From: Ruminococcaceae bacterium UBA7212
GTDB lineage: Bacteria > Bacillota > Clostridia > Oscillospirales > Acutalibacteraceae
Assembly: GCA_002490525.1 (NCBI GenBank)
Contig: DKUE01000037.1
Span: forward strand, 62,014-126,013
Direction of reading: 5' to 3'
DNA length: 64,000 nucleotides
In this document: one piece after another, positions 18,909 to 27,591 of the stretch
Position numbering within the stretch: the stretch's first letter is position 1
Layout of the letters: every line of letters starts with the position of its first letter
Notes under the pieces: model-generated
The model's database searches: none
Told to the model about the DNA's origin: nothing
What the model saw: only the letters and a program-made list of their open reading frames with translations
Program-made: the position numbers and the translations under genes

Positions 18909-20638
18909 AAACCTTTAAACGATTGTTAGAGTTCATAAAACCATTTAAGAAAAACTTGATTCTTGCCATTGTATCGGCTTTTATCGGCATTGTGTGCTCC
19001 CTTCTTGTACCCGTATTCATCGGTTGGGGCGTAGACTGCATGGTCGGCGCGGGCGATGTAGACTTTCCGCACCTTTACAAAATCGCAGGCGGTCTTATCG
19101 CGGTAATTTTACTGTCCGCTTTGTTCCAATGGATTATGACCTATCACTCCAACAAACTGTCTTATTATACGGTAGAGCGCATGCGCAACGATGTATTCAA
19201 AAAGCTGACACGCGTACCGCTTGCCTACATTGATTGCACCGCGCATGGCGATATCATCAATACTGCCGTTACAGATATCGACATTGTCGGCACAGGGCTT
19301 CTGCAAGGCTTTACGCAGGTATTTTCAGGCGTGGTGACTATTCTCGGCACGCTGATTTTCATGTTCGTGTTAAATCCCTGGATTGCCCTGGTCGTGGTGG
19401 TTTTAACACCGCTGTCCTTCTTTGTTTCCTCCTTTATCGCAAAAGGCTCTCATGACAAATACCGCGAACAGGCAAAGCTACGCGGTAAAATGACGGGCTT
19501 CGCCTCGGAAATGATTGACGGCGAAACGCTTGTCAAAGCCTATTCCATGGAAGACAGCAGTGCCGAAATATTCGATGAAATGAACCGAAAACTGCAAAAA
19601 GTCGGCATCATTGCACATTTTTATTCGGCACTTTCCAATCCCTGCACGCGATTTGTGAATGCTACCGTGTATGCGGGTGTGGCAATTGCAGGCGCATACC
19701 TTTGTGTAAAAGGCAGTCTTTCCGTGGGCGAGCTGACCTCATTCCTCGCCTACTGTTCACAATACACAAAGCCGTTCAACGAAATTTCAGGCGTAGTCGC
19801 AGAATTCCAAAACGCCTTGGCAAGCGCCAACCGCGTATTTCGTCTTTTGGATGCTGAAGAGGAAAACGACGACAGTGACTTGCCGAAATTGCAGGTTAAA
19901 AACGGCAGTGTGGATTTTTCCGATGTGCATTTCTCATACAGCGAGACAAAGCCGCTGATTCGCGATTTTTCTTTGGATGTGAAAAGCGGACAGACGGTAG
20001 CGGTAGTCGGTCCGACCGGATGCGGCAAAACGACGTTAATCAATCTGTTAATGCGCTTTTACGATGTAAAACACGGGCATATTACGGTAGACGGGCAGGA
20101 TGTACGCACCGTGACACGTGACAGTCTGCGCAGTGCATTCGGTATGGTTTTGCAGGACACTTGGCTGTTTGAAGGTACAGTGCGCGAAAACATTGCCTAC
20201 GGTGTGGAAAACGCAACAGAAGAAGAAATTGTTGCGGCAGCAAAAGCTGCTTATGCACACGGCTTCATCAAGCGGTTACCGCAAGGGTATGACACGATAC
20301 TGACTGAAAACGGCGATAATATTTCCGAAGGACAAAAGCAGCTGCTTTCCATTGCGCGGGTGATGCTCAAAAAACCGCCGATGCTCATTTTGGACGAAGC
20401 GACCAGCAACATTGACACACGCACTGAAGTACGGATTCAAAAAGCCTTTGCCGAGTTGATGGAAGGACGCACCAGCTTTATTGTGGCGCACCGGCTTTCG
20501 ACCATTCGAAATGCGGACGTCATTCTTGTGATGCGCAATGGACAGATTTTAGAACAGGGTACACACAGTGACCTTCTCTCTGAAAAAGGCTTTTATTACG
20601 AATTGTACAACAGCCAGTTTGCAAAAACAGAAGCTTAA
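18905..20638 (+). CDS. ABC exporter half-transporter (TMD-NBD), chain with a non-canonical signature motif
   Basis: Walker A GPTGCGKT, signature ISEGQKQ (not LSGGQ), Walker B MLILDEA. 4-nt overlap with the upstream gene. Confidence 0.9.
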   Translation: MKTFKRLLEFIKPFKKNLILAIVSAFIGIVCSLLVPVFIGWGVDCMVGAGDVDFPHLYKIAGGLIAVILLSALFQWIMTYHSNKLSYYTVERMRNDVFKKLTRVPLAYIDCTAHGDIINTAVTDIDIVGTGLLQGFTQVFSGVVTILGTLIFMFVLNPWIALVVVVLTPLSFFVSSFIAKGSHDKYREQAKLRGKMTGFASEMIDGETLVKAYSMEDSSAEIFDEMNRKLQKVGIIAHFYSALSNPCTRFVNATVYAGVAIAGAYLCVKGSLSVGELTSFLAYCSQYTKPFNEISGVVAEFQNALASANRVFRLLDAEEENDDSDLPKLQVKNGSVDFSDVHFSYSETKPLIRDFSLDVKSGQTVAVVGPTGCGKTTLINLLMRFYDVKHGHITVDGQDVRTVTRDSLRSAFGMVLQDTWLFEGTVRENIAYGVENATEEEIVAAAKAAYAHGFIKRLPQGYDTILTENGDNISEGQKQLLSIARVMLKKPPMLILDEATSNIDTRTEVRIQKAFAELMEGRTSFIVAHRLSTIRNADVILVMRNGQILEQGTHSDLLSEKGFYYELYNSQFAKTEA

Positions 20639-20681
20639 AAACCCCCGTAAATTACACTGTACGTAATTTACGGGGGTTTCA
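20637..20681. terminator. Bidirectional terminator
   Basis: Perfect 15-bp stem ACCCCCGTAAATTAC / GTAATTTACGGGGGT flanked by AAAA and TTT. Confidence 0.7.
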
Positions 20682-20685
20682 TTCT

Positions 20686-21033
20686 CTACTCCGCATGCAA
20701 ACCGTCGGTAAAACCCAGCGGTACGGTTAAAAATACGCCGGTATTTTCTCGGTTCAGACCGCCTGTAATCTCCAACACGATTTTGTGTGCAAGCTTTATA
20801 TTTTCTGCCGTCATTGCCGACAGGAGCAGTTTGCTTTTCTCCTTGCTTTCAGGGTTCAGATATCTCTGCAAAGAACTGAACACGGGCGGTTTGGCAAGCG
20901 TGCTGTCTGCCAGCGCCTGCAAAGCGCCTTCGCAGTCGAGCAAGGTGCCGCCGCGAATCCCTGCTTCCATCATACGCACCAAAATTTCGTCCATCACCGC
21001 GGAGTCGTGCATAACCAATATCAAAAGCTCCAT
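20686..21033 (-). CDS. Hypothetical small protein, possibly PII/DarA-like fold
   Basis: 115 aa. The beta-alpha-beta spacing of hydrophobic residues resembles PII-like signal proteins. Weak, by eye only. Confidence 0.35.
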   Translation of the reverse strand: MELLILVMHDSAVMDEILVRMMEAGIRGGTLLDCEGALQALADSTLAKPPVFSSLQRYLNPESKEKSKLLLSAMTAENIKLAHKIVLEITGGLNRENTGVFLTVPLGFTDGLHAE

Positions 21034-21108
21034 CGCTTGCCTCCGTGAAAAAGTTATGGTATCATTTTATATAAATTTATAAAGAATTGCAAGTCCCGAG
21101 GTGAAAAA

Positions 21109-21975
21109 ATGGCAAGGCAACTGGAATTTCTGATTGACGCGCGTTTCAACGGCAAAAAAATCCGAGAGTATTTGAAAAGTGAGGCGAAGGTATCGCACCG
21201 CATGCTGTGCATACTCAAGCGCACGCCGCTCGGCATCACAGTCAACGGTGCACATGCGCGAACCGTTGACCTCCTGCATACGGGAGACACACTTGTTTTG
21301 ACGCTCCCGAATGATGAAGTTTCCGCCACGCCGACACCAACGGATATTCCGATTGAAATCTTATATATGGACGATGATTTGATTGTTGTCAATAAACAGG
21401 CCGGACTTGCGATGCACGAAACGCACAACCATCAGGGGGACGCCCTTTCGAACGCACTGGCATATTATCTCATACAGCGCGGTGAACCTGCCGTATTCCG
21501 CGCAGTCGGCAGACTTGACAAAGGAACATCCGGTATTGTAGTCTGTGCACGCAACAAATACTGTGCCGCACGGCTTTCCGGGCAGATTCAAAAGACATAT
21601 TTCGCAGTAGCAGATGGCGTATTTACGGACAGCGGCACAATAGATGCGCCGATTTTCCGTCCCGACCCAAACAAAACCCTGCGTGCAGTCGGTGAAAACG
21701 GGGAACGGGCAGTCACACACTGGGAAGCGATTCGCACGGACGGCAAATGCACCTTACTGCGAATTCATTTGGAAACAGGACGCACACACCAAATCCGCGT
21801 GCATTTTGCACATCTCGGGGCGCCGCTCGTAGGCGATGATATGTACGGCAGTACAGATTTACGGCTGACACACCAAGCACTGCACTGCGGGGAATGCCTT
21901 TTCATGCATCCCGTCTCAGGAAAAGCTTTGACCGTTACTGCACCGATGCCTGAAGATCTGCAAAGGTTGGTGTAA
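21109..21975 (+). CDS. RluA-family pseudouridine synthase with S4-like N-terminus
   Basis: Catalytic motif GRLDKGTSG and HQIRVH. Confidence 0.85.
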   Translation: MARQLEFLIDARFNGKKIREYLKSEAKVSHRMLCILKRTPLGITVNGAHARTVDLLHTGDTLVLTLPNDEVSATPTPTDIPIEILYMDDDLIVVNKQAGLAMHETHNHQGDALSNALAYYLIQRGEPAVFRAVGRLDKGTSGIVVCARNKYCAARLSGQIQKTYFAVADGVFTDSGTIDAPIFRPDPNKTLRAVGENGERAVTHWEAIRTDGKCTLLRIHLETGRTHQIRVHFAHLGAPLVGDDMYGSTDLRLTHQALHCGECLFMHPVSGKALTVTAPMPEDLQRLV

Positions 21976-21986
21976 AGAAAATAAAA

Positions 21987-22445
21987 ATGCATACAAAAAT
22001 TATCGAAGTCACACAAAATAAAAAAGAATATCTTCCCCTTCTGCTCCTCGGCGACGAACAGGAAAATATGATTGACCGCTATCTTGCACACGGCACAATG
22101 CTTTTACTGCAAACGGATAACGCCCCTGTCGGCGTATGTGTATTTACGGACGAGGGAAACGGCGTTTTTGAAGTCAAAAATATCGCCGTCTCTAACGCTT
22201 TTCAGCGGTGCGGATACGGCAAACAGCTACTGACAGCCGCCGAAAACGTATGCCGTGCGTGCGGCGGAACGGTTTTACAAGTCGGCACGGGCGAAAGTCC
22301 GCTGACCGTACCGTTTTATGAAGCTTGCGGCTTTTGCTATTCGCACCGCATTCCGAATTTTTTCACGGATAATTATGACCATCCGATTTTTGAGGGCGGT
22401 GTACAATTGCGGGATATGGTGTATTTGAGAAAGGATTTGCTGTAA
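21987..22445 (+). CDS. GNAT family N-acetyltransferase
   Basis: 152 aa. NIAVSNAFQRCGYGKQLL acetyl-CoA binding region. Confidence 0.75.
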   Translation: MHTKIIEVTQNKKEYLPLLLLGDEQENMIDRYLAHGTMLLLQTDNAPVGVCVFTDEGNGVFEVKNIAVSNAFQRCGYGKQLLTAAENVCRACGGTVLQVGTGESPLTVPFYEACGFCYSHRIPNFFTDNYDHPIFEGGVQLRDMVYLRKDLL

Positions 22446-22446
22446 G

Positions 22447-22564
22447 TTTCTCTCCGACTGCGGGCCGTTGAGGTTACTGCTTCGCCATTACCCTTTTGTC
22501 GCTTCATGACATTTCCCCTAAACGGGGAATCTGCGCCGACCCCTACAAAGTTCATACAGAATCC
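22447..22564 (-). repeat. Intergenic hairpin-rich repeat-like element (different from family A)
   Basis: The minus strand contains GTAG followed by GGGG...CCCC and CCCC-GTTTA-GGGG hairpins. It ends with the CAGAATCC motif also seen at family A borders. Confidence 0.4.
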
Positions 22565-22671
22565 AAAAACAAAAAATGACAGAATTGTAAGTTGAAATTC
22601 ACCGAAGTGTAAGAATGTTTTTATAAAATGGTGTCATCAAAGGCAAAAAGCCCTCGAAAGGAGACAACACA

Positions 22672-23355
22672 ATGAAAATTGTAACGGTTGAACATCTCTC
22701 AAAGGTTTACGGCAAAGGTGACACCGCCGTGCACGCATTGGACGATGTTTCATTTTCCATCGAACAAGGACAGTTTGTGGCAATTGTCGGTCCGTCGGGT
22801 TCCGGAAAATCTACATTACTGCATATTTTGGGCGGTGTAGATACCCCCACAAGCGGCAAGGTACAAATCGGCGATACAGACATAAGCAAATTGGATGAAA
22901 CCGCGCTTGCCATTTTCCGCAGACGGCAAATCGGTCTGATTTACCAGTTTTATAACCTGATTCCGATTTTGACCGTAGAGGAAAATATGACTCTTCCCCT
23001 GCTGTTGGACGGGAAAAAGCCCGACCGGCAGATGCTGCACACCTTAGTATCTACCTTAGGTCTTTCCGAGCGCCTGCACCACCTGCCCAATCAACTTTCA
23101 GGCGGTCAGCAGCAGCGTGTTTCCATCGGCAGAGCGTTACTTAACAATCCCGCGCTGATGCTTGCCGACGAACCTACAGGCAATTTGGACAGTGAAAACA
23201 GCAAAGAAATTATCGCGCTGTTGCGGCGGTTTAACCGCGAATTCAATCAAACCGTCATCATTATCACACATGATGAGCGCATCGCCCTTTCCGCTGACCG
23301 CGTGATCTCGGTACAGGACGGCAAAATCGTCAGAGACGAGGTGCGTATACCGTGA
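22672..23355 (+). CDS. ABC transporter ATP-binding protein (MacB/LolD/FtsE-like)
   Basis: Walker A GPSGSGKST, signature LSGGQQQR, Walker B MLADEPT. Confidence 0.9.
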   Translation: MKIVTVEHLSKVYGKGDTAVHALDDVSFSIEQGQFVAIVGPSGSGKSTLLHILGGVDTPTSGKVQIGDTDISKLDETALAIFRRRQIGLIYQFYNLIPILTVEENMTLPLLLDGKKPDRQMLHTLVSTLGLSERLHHLPNQLSGGQQQRVSIGRALLNNPALMLADEPTGNLDSENSKEIIALLRRFNREFNQTVIIITHDERIALSADRVISVQDGKIVRDEVRIP

Positions 23356-25883
23356 ATATCGTCAACAAATTAACGCTTCGGCATTTAAAAGAAAATAAAA
23401 AGCGTACAGTAATCACGGTTATCGGCATCATTATTTCCGTGGCAATGATTACTGCCACCTGCGTATCGGTCACCTCGCTGTTGAGTCTCTTTGAAAAATC
23501 CACACGCTACAACAGCGGCGACTGGCACTGTCAACTGCTTTCCGCAACTGCAGAGCAGGTGCAGAAGCTTTCGGAAAACCGAGATTTAAAATATGTCGCA
23601 CTGTATACAAATCACGAGGAAGAAGGCTACGGCTTCAATATCCACAACCGGGAGCGGGAATCGCTCGGTGTGGGCAGTATCGGTGCAGGCAACCGCGATT
23701 ACTTCTCGGCATTTTTGACGGCCCCTTATACGGGCAATGTCCCTTCCAACGAAAATGAAATTATGGTCACGCAGGACTTTTTGACAAAAAACAAGCTCGA
23801 CTGGAAGCTCGGCGATGTCGTGACGATAGATATAGGTAAACGCACACAAGTCTACGAAGACGGTGTAGTCGAACCGATTGTCGGCAAATACAGCATCGGG
23901 GAAACCTTCCAAAGTATCGGCGAAAAAAAGTTCACGGTTGTCGGTATTTTGCAGGAGAAAAACGAACCGACAAGAAGTATTCCGATTTTGCGCGGACTCG
24001 CCACAGGCGAAGACAACAACGCTTCCGTGTTTATAACCGCAAATACTTTAAACAAAGATACGGAATCTCTGATAAAAAATGCCGTGCAAACTGTAGGCAT
24101 TTCGGAAGAGTCCATGAATTTTCACAGAGATTTGTTCCGATACAATCTGATTCTTCGCGATGCTGACCCTGCGCTGACAACGATTGCAGGCTTCTCTTTG
24201 ATTATATTAGTCATCATTGTGATTGCTTCGGTTATGCTCATTTACAATGCGTTCGGCATTTCGATTTCCGAGCGTTCCCGTTACCTCGGTATGCTTGCCT
24301 CCGTCGGTGCAACGCGTGCGCAAAAGCGGAATTCCGTCTATTTTGAAGGCTTCGTTTTAGGGCTTATCGGCATTCCCTTGGGCTTCGGCGCGGGTATTTT
24401 GGGGATGTTCATCACATTTCAAGCTTTGCAGCCGCTGATTGCAGAATCGGGCTTGAACATAAGTGATTCTGCGGCCTTGGTCTTAGACTTTCCGTGGTGG
24501 ATTCTGCTTGTAATTGCGGCGGTCAGCGCCGTTACCATTGCCATCTCGGCATTTATTCCCGCAAAGCGCGCTTCCAAAACCACCCCGATTGATTCGCTTC
24601 GGCAAAATACGGACATCAAGGTAAAGGCAAAGCATTTGCGCTCCCCGCGCATTGTGCGCACGATTTTCGGCTATGAGGGAGAGCTTGCTTACAAAAATAT
24701 GAAGCGCAACGGCAAAAAATCCCGTGTGATTACAAGCTCTTTGGTACTGTCTATCATTCTGTTTTTATCAGTCAACACCTTCTGTTCCATGTTTATGGAA
24801 GCGAATAAAATGTCCACAGCCATTCCCTATCAGATTTCTGTTAACATCTTAGACAAACACGCCGAACAGTTCCGCGCGGATGCGGCAAAATTAGACAGTG
24901 CGGACAAAATGTACGGCGTTGAAAATCTGATGCTGCATGTCAAAACCGACAAAGCAAATTACAAAAGCGCCTATGCTGACAGATATGAAGAGAAAGGCTT
25001 TACCATATATGTTGCTGTGGTAGACGACATCGACTTTAATATCTTCTGCCGAGAAAACGGTATGGACCACAAAGCCTTTTACGACACCTCAGCTGGCTTG
25101 CCGATTCTGCTTCTCAACGGTATGGACCGCACAGAAACTGCCGCAAAGGTTTTTGAGGACTGCATTGTGGGCACATCTCTCTCCACAGGTGAAGACGGCA
25201 TATTGCCGCCGTTGGATGTCAAAGGTCTCATCAGTTATAAAAACAGTGACAATTATTGCTACGATCTTCTGCCTGCGGGTGTAATTTGCGCCTATGCACC
25301 GAAAAGCGCGGTGGAAGAAAAAGAGATGATGGCTTCGGATATCATCGGCTTTGAGACAGACGACCATGAAAAGCTCTATAACGATTTAATGCTGCTCGGT
25401 GAAAGCGGCGAATACGGCAAAATCAACGTAGTGGATTATCAAGAGCAAATGCGTATGATGAATTCCACGCTGATGATTATGCAGGTATTTATTTACGGCT
25501 TTATCGCGCTGATGACGCTGATTGCGGCGGCAAATATTTTCAACACCGTTTCCACCAGCATCGACCTGCGCCGCAAGGAATTCGCTATGCTGAAATCCGT
25601 AGGCGTTACACCGAAGGGCTTCCGCCGTATGCTGCAATTCGAAAGTCTGTTTTACGGACTGAAAGCGCTGATTTACGGGCTGCCTTTAAGCATCGGCATC
25701 AGCTTCCTGATGTGGTACGCTTTAAATGAAGGCTCTATGACCATTCCGTTCCATCTCAACTGGCGCATTTATCTCGCCGTTATCGCTGCGGTGTTCCTGA
25801 TTGTCGGGCTTTCTATGCTGTACTCTACGGCAAAGGTCAAAAAGGATACGATTATTTCCACACTGAAATCCGATATTATTTAG
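23352..25883 (+). CDS. FtsX-family ABC permease with two FtsX domains and a large extracytoplasmic region
   Basis: 843 aa. TM clusters at both ends and mid-protein. 4-nt overlap with the ATPase gene. Confidence 0.85.
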   Translation: MNIVNKLTLRHLKENKKRTVITVIGIIISVAMITATCVSVTSLLSLFEKSTRYNSGDWHCQLLSATAEQVQKLSENRDLKYVALYTNHEEEGYGFNIHNRERESLGVGSIGAGNRDYFSAFLTAPYTGNVPSNENEIMVTQDFLTKNKLDWKLGDVVTIDIGKRTQVYEDGVVEPIVGKYSIGETFQSIGEKKFTVVGILQEKNEPTRSIPILRGLATGEDNNASVFITANTLNKDTESLIKNAVQTVGISEESMNFHRDLFRYNLILRDADPALTTIAGFSLIILVIIVIASVMLIYNAFGISISERSRYLGMLASVGATRAQKRNSVYFEGFVLGLIGIPLGFGAGILGMFITFQALQPLIAESGLNISDSAALVLDFPWWILLVIAAVSAVTIAISAFIPAKRASKTTPIDSLRQNTDIKVKAKHLRSPRIVRTIFGYEGELAYKNMKRNGKKSRVITSSLVLSIILFLSVNTFCSMFMEANKMSTAIPYQISVNILDKHAEQFRADAAKLDSADKMYGVENLMLHVKTDKANYKSAYADRYEEKGFTIYVAVVDDIDFNIFCRENGMDHKAFYDTSAGLPILLLNGMDRTETAAKVFEDCIVGTSLSTGEDGILPPLDVKGLISYKNSDNYCYDLLPAGVICAYAPKSAVEEKEMMASDIIGFETDDHEKLYNDLMLLGESGEYGKINVVDYQEQMRMMNSTLMIMQVFIYGFIALMTLIAAANIFNTVSTSIDLRRKEFAMLKSVGVTPKGFRRMLQFESLFYGLKALIYGLPLSIGISFLMWYALNEGSMTIPFHLNWRIYLAVIAAVFLIVGLSMLYSTAKVKKDTIISTLKSDII

Positions 25884-25939
25884 AAACGCTACATTCCCTT
25901 TCTCTTAGCCGGACGGCTATACCCTTATACACACAAGCG

Positions 25940-25980
25940 AAACGCGCAGAGCAGAAATGTTCTGTGCGTTTTGCTTTTTT
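25940..25980 (+). terminator. Rho-independent terminator
   Basis: AACGCGCAGAGC / GTTCTGTGCGTT stem (with G-U pairs) followed by TTGCTTTTTT. Confidence 0.5.
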
Positions 25981-25981
25981 C

Positions 25982-26012
25982 GGTATACCGCGGACAGGAG
26001 TTGCATAGAAAT
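25982..26012 (+). promoter_or_regulatory. Possible mother-cell (SigE-type) promoter
   Basis: GTATACC, 14 nt, CATAGAAAT resembles the kmATATT / CATACA-T SigE consensus. Inference only. Confidence 0.3.
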
Positions 26013-26044
26013 GTGTAGAAAGAATTTAACGAGGAGCGGTTGAA

Positions 26045-27577
26045 ATGGACTTTTGCAAAAATACAAACGCGCTGAGCTGCCGGCGCACGCTTTTTGAAGG
26101 CGCAGCGGAACAGCCTGTAGACAGCGACATCACTCTGCCCGAATACTTCCCTGACGTGGTACGCGTATTAAAATGCACACTGACCCCGCGCATCACAAGC
26201 GTACAGGGGACGGCGGACCGCATTACCGCCGAAGGCTCGGCACTTTTGCGTATATTGTATCTAAGCGAAGAAAACTGTGTGCGCTGTTTTGAACAAAACA
26301 TCCCGTTTTCAAAATACATGGAATGCAAAGCGGCTGAAAATTCCTGTGTCAGCGCACACGCCAAAACGGGATATGTCAACTGCCGCGTGCAGTCTCCGCG
26401 GCGCATAGACATTCACGGCAGTCTTTCGATTGCATTTTCTATGTACTGCCGCGAAAGTACGCCGCTTATTTGCAACTGTACGGGCGGCGGCATTCAAATG
26501 CGCAAAAAAAAGATTACATACAGCAATCTCGCAGGCTGTACCGAAAAACTGTTTTCGATGCACGAGACACTGGAACTCGGCAATGCAAAGCCGTCCATAG
26601 CGCAAATCGTAAAATGTGACGCCGCCGCACTGATTGAAGATGTTAAGCTGGTGGCGGGCAAGGCGCTTGTAAAAGGTGAGCTGATTGTGCGCACACTGTA
26701 CATTGCTGACAATGAGGAAAACGACATTCAAAGCATGGAGCACTCCATGCCGATTAGTCAAATCATTGAAATTGACGGTGCCCAAGAGGACTGCACGGCG
26801 GATGCAGCACTGACGGTATCCTCTTTGGAGATTGCCGCAAAAACCGATGCCACAGGCGCACTGCGGCTCTTGGATACAAGCGTTTGCCTTTGCGCAAAGC
26901 TGTCTCTGTATACCGAATGTGAATCCGACTTCATCACCGATGCCTACTCCACGCAGTATGAAATCGGTATGCAAAAACGAAATGTAGAACTCAGAAGTAT
27001 TTGCGACCGCTTTTCGGACACCTATCTTTGCCGCGGCACACCGGACACCGCGGGAAGCGGTATCGGGCAAATTGTCGATATGACCTGTCAGGAGCTGCAA
27101 TATACCGCTTCGGTTGCCGACAGCGCTTTAACGGTCAGCGGTACGGTGCGTATCGGCATTTTATACCGTGACCGTGAAAACCAGTGGGGCTTTACCGACC
27201 GCAGCTTTGATTTTACCTATACACGCGCAGTGGCAGCATCGGGTGAACATCTCACCTGCGAGCCGCACATTACCGTCAGCGGTGTCAGCTTCCTTTTGGG
27301 CGCAGAGGATAAGGTGGACGCACGTGTGGAGTTAGACATCAGCGGCGTGGTATTCTCGGCGCAAACCGTGCAGGTGCTTTCTGATATTCAAATTGACGAG
27401 GAAAACCGAAAACGGCAAAAGCATGCCGCTCTGACTATTTATTTCGCACAGGAAGGCGAAAGCATTTGGGAAATTGCACGGCGCTACAACACCACTGCTG
27501 AGGCAATCACTTCGGAAAACAAGCTGACGGGTGACACTGTAGAAACCAAATGCAAACTGCTGATTCCGAGAGTTTGA
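26045..27577 (+). CDS. SipL-like spore morphogenetic protein (DUF3794/SPOCS-type repeats plus C-terminal LysM)
   Basis: 510 aa. The C-terminal LTIYFAQEGESIWEIARRYNTTAEAITSENKL is a LysM domain. Size and architecture are like C. difficile SipL, from memory. Confidence 0.6.
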   Translation: MDFCKNTNALSCRRTLFEGAAEQPVDSDITLPEYFPDVVRVLKCTLTPRITSVQGTADRITAEGSALLRILYLSEENCVRCFEQNIPFSKYMECKAAENSCVSAHAKTGYVNCRVQSPRRIDIHGSLSIAFSMYCRESTPLICNCTGGGIQMRKKKITYSNLAGCTEKLFSMHETLELGNAKPSIAQIVKCDAAALIEDVKLVAGKALVKGELIVRTLYIADNEENDIQSMEHSMPISQIIEIDGAQEDCTADAALTVSSLEIAAKTDATGALRLLDTSVCLCAKLSLYTECESDFITDAYSTQYEIGMQKRNVELRSICDRFSDTYLCRGTPDTAGSGIGQIVDMTCQELQYTASVADSALTVSGTVRIGILYRDRENQWGFTDRSFDFTYTRAVAASGEHLTCEPHITVSGVSFLLGAEDKVDARVELDISGVVFSAQTVQVLSDIQIDEENRKRQKHAALTIYFAQEGESIWEIARRYNTTAEAITSENKLTGDTVETKCKLLIPRV

Positions 27578-27591
27578 GGAGGAACATCAAA

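Noticed and set aside
26309-27100. 263-aa ORF antisense to the sipL-like gene. Similar long antisense ORFs lie at 3067-3663, 6652-7317, 31634-32125, 53596-54219 and 4318-4719.
   Set aside because: Each lies wholly inside a gene with strong family-level similarity on the other strand. Their products are Arg/Cys/His-rich low-complexity strings typical of antisense frames in moderately GC-rich DNA. None has a convincing RBS.
27550-27591. Upstream in-frame extensions of many track ORFs (for example spoIVA from 27550, the response regulator from 12461, htrA from 10152, ilvN from 15154, perR from 45305, rnhA from 59963).
   Set aside because: In each case an internal ATG preceded by a good Shine-Dalgarno sequence matches the family's usual N-terminus. 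The extensions overlap the neighbouring gene or a promoter.
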